A stretch of 64,000 nucleotides of DNA from a bacterium (GCA_030431455.1 JAUIJE010000003.1:264360-328359); one strand, 5' to 3'. Shown: positions 46,261 to 56,197, numbered from the stretch's first letter. Notes: generated by a model not told the origin, from the sequence alone. Numbers and translations are program-made.

Positions 46261-47616
46261 GTGGGGCGTTTGCCTGAATCTGGCGGGGTTCCTTTAGAAT
46301 CTGTGACCCTAGAGTTGTTGGCGCTTGGCGTCGCACTTCTGTGTTCAGCGTTCTTTTCTGGTTCGGAGACCGCGCTCACCGCGCTGTCCGACGCCAAGGC
46401 CCGCATGCTCATGGAGCAGCGACCGCGGCGCAACCGGCTGCTCGCCTATTGGCTCAACCGGCCCAACCAGATGCTGACCACGGTCCTGATCGGCAACAAC
46501 GTGGTCAACACGTTCACCGCCGCCCTCGCCACCTTGGTCACCCAGCGGGTGTTCGCCGAGACCGTGCTGTCCCTCGCGGTGGGGGTCACGACCATCGCCA
46601 TCCTCGTGGTCGGCGAGATCACCCCCAAGACCTTCGCCAAGCACAACGCCGAGCGCGTCGCCCCCGCGGTGATGTACGTGCTCGTGCCGCTCTATTTCGC
46701 GATTCTGCCCGGGACCTGGCTGTTCACAAAGCTGTCGCAGTTCATGGTCAAGCTCTTCGGGGGCAAGGTCACGCGGTCCGGCCCGTTCATCACGGAGGAG
46801 TACATCAGCTACATGGTCCAATTGGGCCAAAAGGAAGGTGTGCTCGAGGAGCACGAAGAGGAGCTCATCTCTTCGGTGCTGGAGTTCGGCGATACCGTGG
46901 TCAAGGAGATCATGGTCCCCCGCACCGACATCGACGGCATCCCCGTCGAGGCCAGCCTGCCGGAGATCATCGAGCGGGTGCGCGCCTCGGGCCACACCCG
47001 GATGCCGGTGTACCAAGAGAGCATCGACGACGTGCGCGGCTTTTTCCACAGCCGCGAGTTGCTCCATGTCAACGCGGAGGACGCGGCGTCGTTCAAGCTC
47101 GAGGAGCACCTCCACGATGCGATCTTCGTGCCCGAGCTGATGAAGATCTCCGAGCTGATGAAGATCTTTCAGCGGCGCAAGTCCCACCTCGCGGTGGTGG
47201 TCGACGAGTACGGCGGCTGCGCCGGCATCGTGTCCCTCGAGGACGTCATCGAGGAGCTGGTGGGCGAAATCCGCGACGAGTACGACGAGGACGAAGAGGA
47301 AGAGCTCAAGCGCATCGACAAAGACCGGTTCGTGGCCATGGGCAAAGCCAATGTCTTTGATCTCGGCGAGGCGTTGGGCATCAAGTTCCCCGAGGCGGGC
47401 GACTTCGAGACCCTGGGCGGGTTTTTGATCCACCGCCAAGGCAAGATGCCCGCGGTGGGGGACCGCATCAGTTTTTCCGGGTGGTTGTTTGTGGTCACCG
47501 ACGCGGACCAGCGCAAGGTCGAGCGGTGCGAGATCGTGCGCATCGGCTCGGTGGCGCCGGCGCGGTTGCCCACCGGTCCCCAAAAGCGCGTGCCCCCGGT
47601 GCGGCTGGTCAAATAG
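46261..47616 (+). CDS. CNNM/CorC-family transporter (DUF21, CBS pair, CorC_HlyC domains)
   Basis: N-terminal DUF21 transmembrane domain (LCSAFFSGSETALTAL), CBS pair region (IMVPRTDIDGIPVEASL...), and the C-terminal CorC_HlyC (GGFLIHRQGKMPAVGDRISFSGWLFVVTDADQRKVERCEIVRI). Confidence 0.85.
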   Translation: MGRLPESGGVPLESVTLELLALGVALLCSAFFSGSETALTALSDAKARMLMEQRPRRNRLLAYWLNRPNQMLTTVLIGNNVVNTFTAALATLVTQRVFAETVLSLAVGVTTIAILVVGEITPKTFAKHNAERVAPAVMYVLVPLYFAILPGTWLFTKLSQFMVKLFGGKVTRSGPFITEEYISYMVQLGQKEGVLEEHEEELISSVLEFGDTVVKEIMVPRTDIDGIPVEASLPEIIERVRASGHTRMPVYQESIDDVRGFFHSRELLHVNAEDAASFKLEEHLHDAIFVPELMKISELMKIFQRRKSHLAVVVDEYGGCAGIVSLEDVIEELVGEIRDEYDEDEEEELKRIDKDRFVAMGKANVFDLGEALGIKFPEAGDFETLGGFLIHRQGKMPAVGDRISFSGWLFVVTDADQRKVERCEIVRIGSVAPARLPTGPQKRVPPVRLVK

Positions 47617-48072
47617 GTGCTCAGCGCCAAAAAGGCGGTGTTCTCGGTTGTGGCCGGGCTGATCCTGGCCGCGATGGCCTGGGTGATGACCAAATCGGTG
47701 GGCGACCCCACCACGTTGTATGTGCGCGCGCCACGGGACGTGTCGGTGTTTCTCGACGACCGGCGGCTGTCGGCGTGCAACGGCCAAGAGGGGTGTTCGC
47801 CCCCCGAAGAGCAAAAGTCCCTGAGCCAATACGTGTGGGGAATCTACGTCGGGTACAACTACATTGTGGAGGCCCGGCGCGATGGCGAGGTGGTGGCCCG
47901 GGTGCAGTTCGAGGCTGAGCCCGGGGAGGCACCGTCGATCTTGCTCGACTTCGAGGACGACTGGGTGGAGGCGGCCCCGCCCGTCGACGCGGCGGGGGCC
48001 CAGCACAACCTCGAGAAGGTCGACGTGAACTTCCGGCGTGACTTCGAAGGCAACGTCCACGTCGTGCCGTGA
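47617..48072 (+). CDS. Single-pass membrane protein, paralog A of a tandem pair
   Basis: N-terminal transmembrane helix (AVFSVVAGLILAAMAWVM), then a ~120-aa beta-rich domain (TTLYVRAPRDVSVFLDD...YIVEARRDGEVVARVQFEAEPGEAPSILLD). About 55% identical to the next gene; GTG start. Confidence 0.55.
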   Translation: MLSAKKAVFSVVAGLILAAMAWVMTKSVGDPTTLYVRAPRDVSVFLDDRRLSACNGQEGCSPPEEQKSLSQYVWGIYVGYNYIVEARRDGEVVARVQFEAEPGEAPSILLDFEDDWVEAAPPVDAAGAQHNLEKVDVNFRRDFEGNVHVVP

Positions 48073-48122
48073 GGCACCGCCCCCGGCGGAGCGCCCCCGC
48101 GCGATCCCGTCCCGCGCCCTGA

Positions 48123-48575
48123 TTGGGTATGCTGGGGGTGATGTTCAGTGCCAAAAAAGTCGTGTTTGCGGTGGTGTCGAGCCTGATCATCTCGGCCATG
48201 GGGTGGCTGATGATGAAGTCCACCGGCGAGCCCACCACGCTGTACCTGCGCACGCCCACCGATGTGGTGGTGTTCCTCGATGACAAGCAGCTGCGCCCCT
48301 GCACGGGCAAGACCGGCTGCGTGCCCCCCGAAGAGGGCGAGTGGATCCAGTATCGTTGGGGCATCTTCTCGGACACCAGGTACATTGTGGAGGCCCGGCG
48401 GGGGGGCACGGTGGTGGGCCGGGTCCAGATCGAGGCCACGCCGGGCGAGGCGCCGTCGGTGTTGCTCGACGACGAGGGCGACTGGGTCGAAGCCGCGCCC
48501 CCCGAGCGCCCCAAGATGCCCGACCTCGGCGCGCTGGGGGTGGATTTGGGCCTAGACGGCCCAAACGGCTCGTAG
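48123..48575 (+). CDS. Single-pass membrane protein, paralog B of a tandem pair
   Basis: Same architecture as paralog A (VVFAVVSSLIISAMGWLMM...TTLYLRTPTDVVVFLDD...YIVEARRGGTVVGRVQIEATPGEAPSVLLD). The true start is probably the ATG at 48141. Confidence 0.55.
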   Translation: MGMLGVMFSAKKVVFAVVSSLIISAMGWLMMKSTGEPTTLYLRTPTDVVVFLDDKQLRPCTGKTGCVPPEEGEWIQYRWGIFSDTRYIVEARRGGTVVGRVQIEATPGEAPSVLLDDEGDWVEAAPPERPKMPDLGALGVDLGLDGPNGS

Positions 48576-48590
48576 CCAGACGCGAGCCGG

Positions 48591-51500
48591 CTAGGGCAGA
48601 GACAGCGCGAAGACCGAACCGCTCTCGTCCCCCACCAGCACCGAGGGCGTGCCCTCGACGAGCCCGCACCACATCGCGGTGGTGTGCGCGGGGAGGGCGG
48701 CCGCCCCCACCGCCCGCGCCTGCTCGAGGTCAAACAGCTCCAGTCGCGTCGCGGTCCGGACGATGAGCAGGTCCTTCCAGATGCTGGCGTCCACCACCTT
48801 CGCGCTGACGCCGAGGCGGCGTTCGCCCCCGCGGAACACCGCCACCCCGTCGGTGCCTGCCACCGCCACCCAGGGCGCGTCCCCCCGAGAGACAATGCGG
48901 GATGCCGACCGCGGCCAGGGAAGCGGGGTGCTCAGGGGGCTTCCCTCTCCCTGGCGGGCAAAGGCCACCACCCGCACGACCCGCCGGGCCCCCGCCATCA
49001 CCCCCCCCAACCCATAGACGTGCTCGTCGGTGGCGGCGGCGTCCAACCACTCCACCCCGGTCACGGCAAAGCTTCGCCCCGGGCCCTCCTGGTCGATGTC
49101 AATCTCTCGAATCTCCGTCATCCCGGCAGCGAAAACCGTCCGGGGCCCGATGCGGTGCAACCGTTCAAAGAACCCCACAGGGTCCTCGCCGGCCCCCAGG
49201 AGCTCGACGTTGTCCGGCACCTGCTGGTCGAAGCCGATGGAAGCGACCGCGCCACCGTCGAGCGCCACCAATTGGTAGAGCATCATCGCTCCGAACCCAT
49301 CTTCCACCAGCTCGGCCCGGTCGCCCTGGATTCGGTAGAGCTTGGCCTCGGCCTGCTCACGCCCCAACGCCAGCCACCGACCATCAGGGGACAGCGACGC
49401 GAGCTCCGCAAAGTCCGCGCCCTCGGGGATGGTGCCCACCGACGACCAGGCCCGCCCCTTCACCCTCAGCAGCGTGGTCTGCGCGGTGCCGACCACCACC
49501 CCGGTCCCCGCCGGACCGAACCGGATGGCCTGCACCGGGTCTTGGTCCCCCTGATGTCGCGGCTCGAACCGCAATGTATCTGTATCCGCCGACACCAGCA
49601 GCTCCGGTTGCGCGCTCGTCCCCACCGATTCGGCCAACGCCAGCGCCACCGACCAGCGGCGGGCGTCCTCGTCGCCGAGGGAAGCTGGCGGCCCGTGATG
49701 AAGGGCCTCGGCCGCGCCGGGAAACGAGTCCTGAGTCAGACCATCCAGCGCCCAATGTTGCTGTTTGGAATCGCCCGCCAAGTGCTTCAGCAGCGCGCCC
49801 TGGGCCCCCTCGTGGCCGGCCGCGGCCAGGCGGGCACAGACCCAGGCCGAGGCGCGGCGCTCCTCGACCCCGGGGGCGGTGATGAACAGCCGGGCCAACG
49901 CGAAGCTCTCGTCGGCCTCGAGGACCTCGGCGGCCAGGGCCAGGCCGCTGTCCGCGGGCCAAGAGGAAAGCAACGGCTCGGCCGCGACCAGGCGCAACCA
50001 GGCGGACAGGTGGGCGCCGAGCACCGCGCGCTCGGGTGGGGTCCAGTCGCGACCCCCGCTGCGCCGAAGTTGGGCGACCACCGATGCCTGGTGGCGCAGG
50101 GCCACCGCCAACGCGGCGGGGTCAATCGCGCTCGCGGCCCGCACCACGGACGCGGACAGGTCGCGGGCGCGGGCCCGGGTCAAAAATGTGGAAAGCGGGT
50201 CGTCGTCGTCGAGAGCGGTCTCCGACCACAGCTTGGCCTCCAGCGCGGCCTGGGCCGGTTCTGCTTCGATCTGGAGCCAGTCGGTGATGGGCGATGGCGG
50301 TGCGCCGGCGGCGATCGTTCGGCTGCGGGGATGGGTCGGGTGGCGGGCGAGGCTGAGCAGGGCCGCGTCACGTGAGGGGCCGGTGGCGGCCAGCCATGCC
50401 GAGAGCCGGTCCGCGACCTGCGCGAAGGGGAGTTCGGAGATGGCCCGAACCACCGCCGCGCCCATCTCCGCCGAGGTCGAACGGTCTTCGACCGCTAGGC
50501 ACAGTTGGTCGATGAACGCCCCGCGGCCGGCCGCTTCGGTATGTGCCACCCGCTTGATCAGGTGCGGAACCTGGGTGGCCTCGAGGGGCGCGTCACCCGA
50601 GAGGGCAGCGAGCACGAGGTCGACGATGGCCGCGTCCTCTTCGTCGGTGCGGGGACGCCCCCACCGGTAGGGCAGCTCGTGCCCCTGCGCCAGCTCTTGG
50701 GCTTCGCGCCAAATTGTGGCCCAGCCACCGCGGAGGTCGACGCCCGCGCCCACCACATCGAGCGGGCCGGGCGCAGGCAGGCTGCCTCCGGGAGACCAAG
50801 CCGGCGCCCAGACCTGGCCCACCAGCAGCCCCACCTCGAGCACTTGCCGGGCGACGTCGGTTTGGTCGCGCGACTCGCGGCGGGCGATCACGTCGGCGAG
50901 CATGCGTTCGCGCGCGTCGGACGCGCAGGCCTGCGCGGTGTCTCCGTCGAGCAGCGCCACGGCCGCGCCGTACAGGTCGCCCCGCCACCGCCCTCTGCAC
51001 TGGGGGTGCGCGGCGATGGACCGGAGGAGCGCGACGTTGCCCGACGACGTGAGCGCGCGCTGCAGAGCGTGCCCCCAGCCCGATCGGGCCCGGCCGAGCA
51101 TCGAGATCACCAGGTCGGTCTCGTCGAGATGGGCCAGGGCGAGCAAGAGCTCCGCCTCAGCGAGATGGGGCACCGACCACTTGCCCATCGCGGCAGCGTC
51201 GAGCGCGGCCTCGGCACTTTTTTGGGCCGCGCGAAAGTCGCTCTGCTGGTTTTGCAGCAAGGCCAGGGTGGCGTGCAGATCGTGCCGAAATGCTCGGCTG
51301 CTTCCGTCACGCGGAATGGTGTCGAGCAGCTCTTGCACCTCGGACATCGCCCGATGTGGCTGCATCGAACGATGCAGTTTGACCGCGCGCTCGACCCGGG
51401 TGCTCCAGCGGGCCGGACCGGCTTTTTCGTGTTCGGCGGCCGCGGCGAACCAGGACAATGACGCAGGGGTGCCGCGTCGCGGGTCGGTGGCGATGGGCGC

Positions 51501-52256
51501 CGAGTCCGCGATGCGCGCCGCTTGTAAAAGGCGCGGGCCCATCGGCCGGCGCGCGAAGCGACACAACGACAGGTACGCGAGGCATGCCGCGGTGGTCAGG
51601 CCCGCGGGCACCTCGTCGCCCTGGCGGCTGAGGCGCCCGGCGAGGGAATGCAGGGTGCCGGTCAGGTTTTCGTCGTGGGCGCCGAACGCCAGCGCCTCCA
51701 GCCCCAGCAACTGCCAGAACAGGCGCGCACCTTCGCGTCCCCGCGCGCCCCCCTGCTTGGCTTCGCCAAAGTACATCGCAAGATGAAAGAGGCTGGCCGC
51801 GGCCGCGGGAGACTCGGGGCCGTGCTCGGTTTGAATGTGCTCGTCGAGGTCGAGAAGTTGTTCGAGCGCCTGGTCGGGGTCGGCTGACCACTCGACCCGG
51901 CGGGCGGCCCGTTCGACCTCGTCGTAGCCCGGTCCGGTCAGCCCCCATTCGAAACGATGCGAACGGGGCCGGGCGGCGGTGGTGATGGTGCGGCGCCGCG
52001 GCGCGGCCGGGGTGCGGGGAAGGGACACGCCCTGCGCCTGCAACCACAGATGGACAAACCGCCCGTCGTCGCGGGCGGCGAGGGACGCGGCCACCTCATC
52101 GGGCCACGCGGAGGCGGCGCACGAAAGGTGACTCCACCTCAGGGTGGTGAACGAGGCCTTGCGCTCGACGCGCAGAAAGCGGCCTTGGTCAGGCGTGATG
52201 CCCCCGCCACAACGGGGGCACGGCCAACGGAGGGCGGGAAGGGTCTTCTCCTGCAT
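48591..52256 (-). CDS. 1221-aa hypothetical protein: N-terminal zinc-ribbon-like Cys/His cluster, central alpha-helical (HEAT/ARM-like) repeats, C-terminal WD40-like beta-propeller
   Basis: Start MQEKTLPALRWPCPRCGGG...HLSC. The central region is long and Ala/Leu-rich and helical. The C-terminal LSPDGRWLALG, WVAVAGTDGVAVF and GDESGSVFALSL look like propeller blades. No Walker A motif was found. The 128-aa in-frame extension of the track ORF is junk-like and excluded. Confidence 0.6.
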   Translation of the reverse strand: MQEKTLPALRWPCPRCGGGITPDQGRFLRVERKASFTTLRWSHLSCAASAWPDEVAASLAARDDGRFVHLWLQAQGVSLPRTPAAPRRRTITTAARPRSHRFEWGLTGPGYDEVERAARRVEWSADPDQALEQLLDLDEHIQTEHGPESPAAAASLFHLAMYFGEAKQGGARGREGARLFWQLLGLEALAFGAHDENLTGTLHSLAGRLSRQGDEVPAGLTTAACLAYLSLCRFARRPMGPRLLQAARIADSAPIATDPRRGTPASLSWFAAAAEHEKAGPARWSTRVERAVKLHRSMQPHRAMSEVQELLDTIPRDGSSRAFRHDLHATLALLQNQQSDFRAAQKSAEAALDAAAMGKWSVPHLAEAELLLALAHLDETDLVISMLGRARSGWGHALQRALTSSGNVALLRSIAAHPQCRGRWRGDLYGAAVALLDGDTAQACASDARERMLADVIARRESRDQTDVARQVLEVGLLVGQVWAPAWSPGGSLPAPGPLDVVGAGVDLRGGWATIWREAQELAQGHELPYRWGRPRTDEEDAAIVDLVLAALSGDAPLEATQVPHLIKRVAHTEAAGRGAFIDQLCLAVEDRSTSAEMGAAVVRAISELPFAQVADRLSAWLAATGPSRDAALLSLARHPTHPRSRTIAAGAPPSPITDWLQIEAEPAQAALEAKLWSETALDDDDPLSTFLTRARARDLSASVVRAASAIDPAALAVALRHQASVVAQLRRSGGRDWTPPERAVLGAHLSAWLRLVAAEPLLSSWPADSGLALAAEVLEADESFALARLFITAPGVEERRASAWVCARLAAAGHEGAQGALLKHLAGDSKQQHWALDGLTQDSFPGAAEALHHGPPASLGDEDARRWSVALALAESVGTSAQPELLVSADTDTLRFEPRHQGDQDPVQAIRFGPAGTGVVVGTAQTTLLRVKGRAWSSVGTIPEGADFAELASLSPDGRWLALGREQAEAKLYRIQGDRAELVEDGFGAMMLYQLVALDGGAVASIGFDQQVPDNVELLGAGEDPVGFFERLHRIGPRTVFAAGMTEIREIDIDQEGPGRSFAVTGVEWLDAAATDEHVYGLGGVMAGARRVVRVVAFARQGEGSPLSTPLPWPRSASRIVSRGDAPWVAVAGTDGVAVFRGGERRLGVSAKVVDASIWKDLLIVRTATRLELFDLEQARAVGAAALPAHTTAMWCGLVEGTPSVLVGDESGSVFALSLP

Positions 52257-52387
52257 GGCGGAACGATAGAGCCCCCACCGCGCGCGGGATTGAAACCTGG
52301 CTGAAGGCCGACACCGCTTGGCCGTCGCTCCGCCCGGCGGATGGGCCAGGCTGAGGGCGGGGGCTGGCCGCCCGCCCCGGGCCACGG

Positions 52388-52684
52388 TCAACCCTCCGGG
52401 TCCGGCTCCTCGGCAGACCAGGTCCGCACCCCCACGGGGGCGGCCGAGCCTTCGATGCCCACCGAGGACGACGAGGGCACGGGAACCTCCGCGGGTGGTG
52501 GCAATGCTTGTGCACTCGTCCGCCGGGCCCGCCACCCCCGATGGGCCGCGAGCAGCCAACCGCCGATGCGTTGCAGCCAAGCCCGGGCGCCCCCCGCGAG
52601 AATGAGCAGGAAGCTCAGAATGCCGACGGTGATCACCCAAGAGGGTGAGCTCAGCGGGGCCTCGTCGGGGGGCGGCGGACCCAT
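52388..52684 (-). CDS. Possible small membrane protein between the substrate-binding protein and the 1221-aa protein gene
   Basis: 98-aa ORF with one clear transmembrane helix (WVITVGILSFLLILAGGARAWL), in the same orientation as its neighbours, starting 8 nt after the upstream stop. Composition is otherwise weak. Confidence 0.3.
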   Translation of the reverse strand: MGPPPPDEAPLSSPSWVITVGILSFLLILAGGARAWLQRIGGWLLAAHRGWRARRTSAQALPPPAEVPVPSSSSVGIEGSAAPVGVRTWSAEEPDPEG

Positions 52685-52691
52685 GCCAATG

Positions 52692-54410
52692 TTACTTTGT
52701 GTTTTCCGCGGGGACGAGGTCCCAGGTCGCGACGTTCCACGCCACCGGGGTCTGGGTCCCGGTGGGGGAAAAACCGACCAGCTCTTCTTTGGCCAGCGCC
52801 TCCACCGGACGGAAAAAGACCGGCACCGCGGGCAGCTCCTCGGCGTACACCTCTTGCACCTCGTGCATCATCCGGGTGCGCTCCTTCTCGTCGATCTCGT
52901 TGGGCACCCGGGGCAAGATGGAGCTCACCTTGGGGTTGCGCCAGCCGGGGTAGTTCTGTCCTTGCCAGTTGTTGTTGGCTGACGGGATCATGTCCTCCTG
53001 CCACAGGGTGTTGCCCCACGCGGTGGGGTCCATGGACCAGGAGTAGAACGTCATGTGCGGGGCTTTGCGGTACCGCAAGATGTCCCCGAAGAACGCTTTG
53101 GCGTTCTTGTTGTCGAGGTTGAGCTGCACCCCGATCTTGGCCAAGTCCGCGGCCATGATCGCCTGCATGCTGCGGATATCGGGAATACCGGCCACGGAGT
53201 TGAGGGTGAGGATGAGTTTTTGGCGGCCCTTTTTGCGCGGCTTGCCTTCCCCCTTGAACGCCCAGCCGGCCTCGTCGAGGAGCTTGCCCGCGGCGTCGAG
53301 GTCGAAGGGGTAGGTCTTGACCCCCGGGTGATAGCCCCAGTGGCGCGGGGGCAGGAACGTGTGGGCGATGGTGTACTTGCCCCCGTACAGCTTCTCGAGG
53401 ATGCCCTTGCGGTTGATGCCGTGGGCGATGGCCTGGCGCACGCGCTTGTCCGCGAGGATGGGGTCGTCGAGGTTGAAGTCGATGTGGGCCCAGACCAGAC
53501 CGGGGGCGATGTGGTGGCGGTAGACCCAGGGGGCGTTCTGCATCACCGCGTCGATTTCCGAGCTGGTCATGGGGGTCGAGGGCAAGACCCCGTCGATGTC
53601 GCCGGCGATGAGCGCGGCTTGGATCGCCGAGGTGTCTTTCATGAACCGCACCACGATCTCGTCGATGTGGGCGGGGGGGACGTAGGTGGGGTTCTTTTCG
53701 AGCACGATGTGCTGGCCCGGCAGCCACTCTTTGAACAGGTAAGGACCATTGGCGAGGGGTTTTTGGCCGAACACGTCCTGCTTCATGTTGGCGGTGCCCC
53801 CGCCGGGCTTGCGGTACCGCGGCTCGAGCACGTGCTGGGGCAGGCAATGGTGGTTTTCCCACTGGTGGTAGAACGCGAAGGGCTCCTTCCAGGTCACGAC
53901 CAGGGTCTTCTTGTCGTCGCCTTGGACCTCCATGCTCTCGATGCGCTCGGGGAGGTCGCGGTTGATGATCTCCTGGGTGGGATCCATTTGCATGTTCCAC
54001 GCGAACACGCAGTCCTCGGCGGTGACGGGCACGCCGTCCTGCCAGCTGGCGGTCTTTTTGATGTGCCAGATGACGCGCATCTTTTGGTGGCCGTCTTCGG
54101 CTTCGAAGATGCTCACGTCGCCGTTGTCGGTGGTGGGCACGCGCTCGGCGAGGTCGGGCACGATCTCCCAGCGGTCGTCGTGCATGGTGAGTTCGCGCAG
54201 GCCAAAAAAGATGACCTCGCGGGCCACCGCGGTCTCGGCGAACATCGGGTTGAGCGTGTCCGGCTCCGAGCCCAGCGCGAGCACCAGGCGCTTTTTCGCG
54301 GGGGGGGCGACGGGGCCTTTTTTCCCGTCGTCCTCGGGCGATTTTGTGCACGAGACGAGCACGAGCCCGACGAGCAACCAGCGGCATTGACACGATACGC
54401 GCCCGTTCAT
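52692..54410 (-). CDS. ABC transporter substrate-binding lipoprotein, family 5 (oligopeptide/dipeptide/nickel type)
   Basis: Lipobox (LVLVSCT), ~570-aa length, and family-5 substrate-binding protein sequence throughout (GPYLFKEWLPGQHIVLEKNPTY..., LNLDNKNAKAFFGDI...). No permease or ATPase genes are adjacent. Confidence 0.85.
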   Translation of the reverse strand: MNGRVSCQCRWLLVGLVLVSCTKSPEDDGKKGPVAPPAKKRLVLALGSEPDTLNPMFAETAVAREVIFFGLRELTMHDDRWEIVPDLAERVPTTDNGDVSIFEAEDGHQKMRVIWHIKKTASWQDGVPVTAEDCVFAWNMQMDPTQEIINRDLPERIESMEVQGDDKKTLVVTWKEPFAFYHQWENHHCLPQHVLEPRYRKPGGGTANMKQDVFGQKPLANGPYLFKEWLPGQHIVLEKNPTYVPPAHIDEIVVRFMKDTSAIQAALIAGDIDGVLPSTPMTSSEIDAVMQNAPWVYRHHIAPGLVWAHIDFNLDDPILADKRVRQAIAHGINRKGILEKLYGGKYTIAHTFLPPRHWGYHPGVKTYPFDLDAAGKLLDEAGWAFKGEGKPRKKGRQKLILTLNSVAGIPDIRSMQAIMAADLAKIGVQLNLDNKNAKAFFGDILRYRKAPHMTFYSWSMDPTAWGNTLWQEDMIPSANNNWQGQNYPGWRNPKVSSILPRVPNEIDEKERTRMMHEVQEVYAEELPAVPVFFRPVEALAKEELVGFSPTGTQTPVAWNVATWDLVPAENTK

Positions 54411-54542
54411 GGGGAAGCTGTTACCACGCGACGTCGGGGGCGCAAAAACCGGCCCCGGCCCCCCCGTCGCCCATCAGGTGCAGTCATCGCGTCACCATCC
54501 TGAAATCGTTGTCCTTTCGGGCCGTCCAGGTAAGCTTCCCGC

Positions 54543-56003
54543 GTGGGACGTGACCCGTCATTTGCCGACAATCGCGCCGCCGGCCCCTGGGTGGTCGACC
54601 TCGACGGCACCTTGATCAAGACCGATCTGCTGGTCGAAAGCGCGCTGTTGTTGCTCAAACACAACCCGCTGTACCTGTTCTTGCTTCCCCTGTGGCTGGC
54701 CCGGGGCAAATCCGTGCTCAAGCAGGAGATCGCGCGCCGGGTCGACGTCGACCCCGCCCGCCTGCCCTACCGCGATGACGTGATCGCGTTCTTGCAGCAG
54801 GAGCGCGACCAGGGGCGCGTGCTCATCCTCGCCACCGCCAGCCACCAGAAGTACGCCGACGCGGTGGCTGCCCACCTCGGGCTGTTCGAGCGCGCCCTCG
54901 GCACCAGCGAGACCCACAACCTCAAAGGCAGCGGCAAGCTATCCACCCTGCAACAAGAGCTCGACGGGCCCTTCGGCTATCTCGGGGACAGCACCGCCGA
55001 CCGCCCCCTGTTCGAGCAGGCCGCGGCGTCGGTGCTCGTCGGCCGCTTGTCCCAAAATCCCGAACGGCACTTCAAGGGTGTCGCCTTCGCCCGCACCTTC
55101 CCCGAGAAGAAGCGCGGCGTGCGCCCGCTGATCAAGGCCCTCCGCCCCCACCAATGGGCCAAGAACGTCCTGATTTTTGTGCCCCTCGTCCTCGCCCACC
55201 GCATCTTCGACGTGCCCGCCCTCGTCGAGGCCGGCTTGGCGTTCGCGTCGTTTTCGCTTTGTGCGTCGAGCGTCTACGTGGTCAACGACCTGCTCGACCT
55301 GCCCTCGGACCGCGTTCACCACCGCAAAAAGACCCGCCCGTTCGCGTCCGGCGACCTGCCCGTGCTCACCGGCATGTGGCTCGCCCCCGCGTTGCTCGGG
55401 GCCGCGTTTGTGCTCGCCGCCCTCGCCCTGTCCGTCGAGTTCCTCCTCGTGCTCGCCGCCTACTATGTGGTCACCACCCTCTACTCGGTGGTGCTCAAGC
55501 GCATCGTGCTCATCGACGTGCTCGTGCTCGCCGGGCTCTACACCCTGCGCATCGGGGCCGGGGCCGCCGCCACCCACACCCCGATTTCGCACTGGCTGTT
55601 CACGTTTTCGCTGTTCTTCTTTTTGAACCTCGCGTTCGTCAAGCGCTTCATCGAGCTCGACACCCTGCAAAAGCGCGGCGACGCCAGCGCCGAGGGCCGC
55701 GGCTACCGCGTCGCCGACCACGGCCGGGTCAGCCAGCTCGGCACCGCCGCCGGCTACGCGTCCATCCTCGTGCTCGCCCTGTACATCAACAGCCCGAGCG
55801 TGACCCGGCTGTACCCGTCGCCCACGCTCTTGTGGGGCCTGCTCCCGCCGTTTTTGTATTGGGTCAACCGCGTGTGGATCATCGCCGGGCGCGGGGAGAT
55901 GCACGACGACCCCATCGTGTTCGCGCTCAAGGACAAGGTCAGCTACGCGGTGGTGGCGAGCCTGGCCGCGGTGCTGCTCGCGGCCAAGCTGTGGACGGTG
56001 TGA
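54543..56003 (+). CDS. HAD-like phosphatase fused to a UbiA-family prenyltransferase (decaprenyl-phosphate phosphoribosyltransferase-like)
   Basis: N-terminal HAD motif I (VVDLDGTL) plus motif II/III context (ILATASH, GDSTADRPLF). The C-terminal 8-TM UbiA domain has NDLLDLPSDRVHHRKKTRPFASG (NDxxDxxxD) and a second Asp-rich motif. Confidence 0.75.
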   Translation: MGRDPSFADNRAAGPWVVDLDGTLIKTDLLVESALLLLKHNPLYLFLLPLWLARGKSVLKQEIARRVDVDPARLPYRDDVIAFLQQERDQGRVLILATASHQKYADAVAAHLGLFERALGTSETHNLKGSGKLSTLQQELDGPFGYLGDSTADRPLFEQAAASVLVGRLSQNPERHFKGVAFARTFPEKKRGVRPLIKALRPHQWAKNVLIFVPLVLAHRIFDVPALVEAGLAFASFSLCASSVYVVNDLLDLPSDRVHHRKKTRPFASGDLPVLTGMWLAPALLGAAFVLAALALSVEFLLVLAAYYVVTTLYSVVLKRIVLIDVLVLAGLYTLRIGAGAAATHTPISHWLFTFSLFFFLNLAFVKRFIELDTLQKRGDASAEGRGYRVADHGRVSQLGTAAGYASILVLALYINSPSVTRLYPSPTLLWGLLPPFLYWVNRVWIIAGRGEMHDDPIVFALKDKVSYAVVASLAAVLLAAKLWTV

Positions 56004-56018
56004 GCCCACCGCACCGGG

Positions 56019-56044
56019 CTTGTGCTCCGCCCCACCTCCTCTAG
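56019..56044 (+). repeat. Copy 1 of a perfect 26-bp direct repeat, cttgtgctccgccccacctcctctag
   Basis: Identical 26-mer at 56019-56044 and 56172-56197 in the 232-bp intergenic region between the UbiA-fusion and SDR genes. Confidence 0.9.
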
Positions 56045-56171
56045 CTTTCCGAGGGGAATGTCCCATTCCCCTCCCCCGCTTGCGCCTCGCAAGCTCGGCG
56101 TTCACGGGGCCCCCACCCCAATGTCGCTGCTCCAGGGGCCTCCGGCCCGTCGCAGCGGTGTGGCATTCGCT

Positions 56172-56197
56172 CTTGTGCTCCGCCCCACCTCCTCTAG
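56172..56197 (+). repeat. Copy 2 of the 26-bp direct repeat, 38 nt upstream of the SDR start
   Basis: Same 26-mer as copy 1. Confidence 0.9.

Noticed and set aside
52341-52982. Plus-strand ORF 52341-52982 and the minus-strand N-terminal extension 52257-52640 of the 1221-aa protein ORF
   Set aside because: Low-complexity Gly/Arg/Pro products. The 1221-aa protein start was placed at the first Met that precedes the Cys-cluster and has sensible composition.
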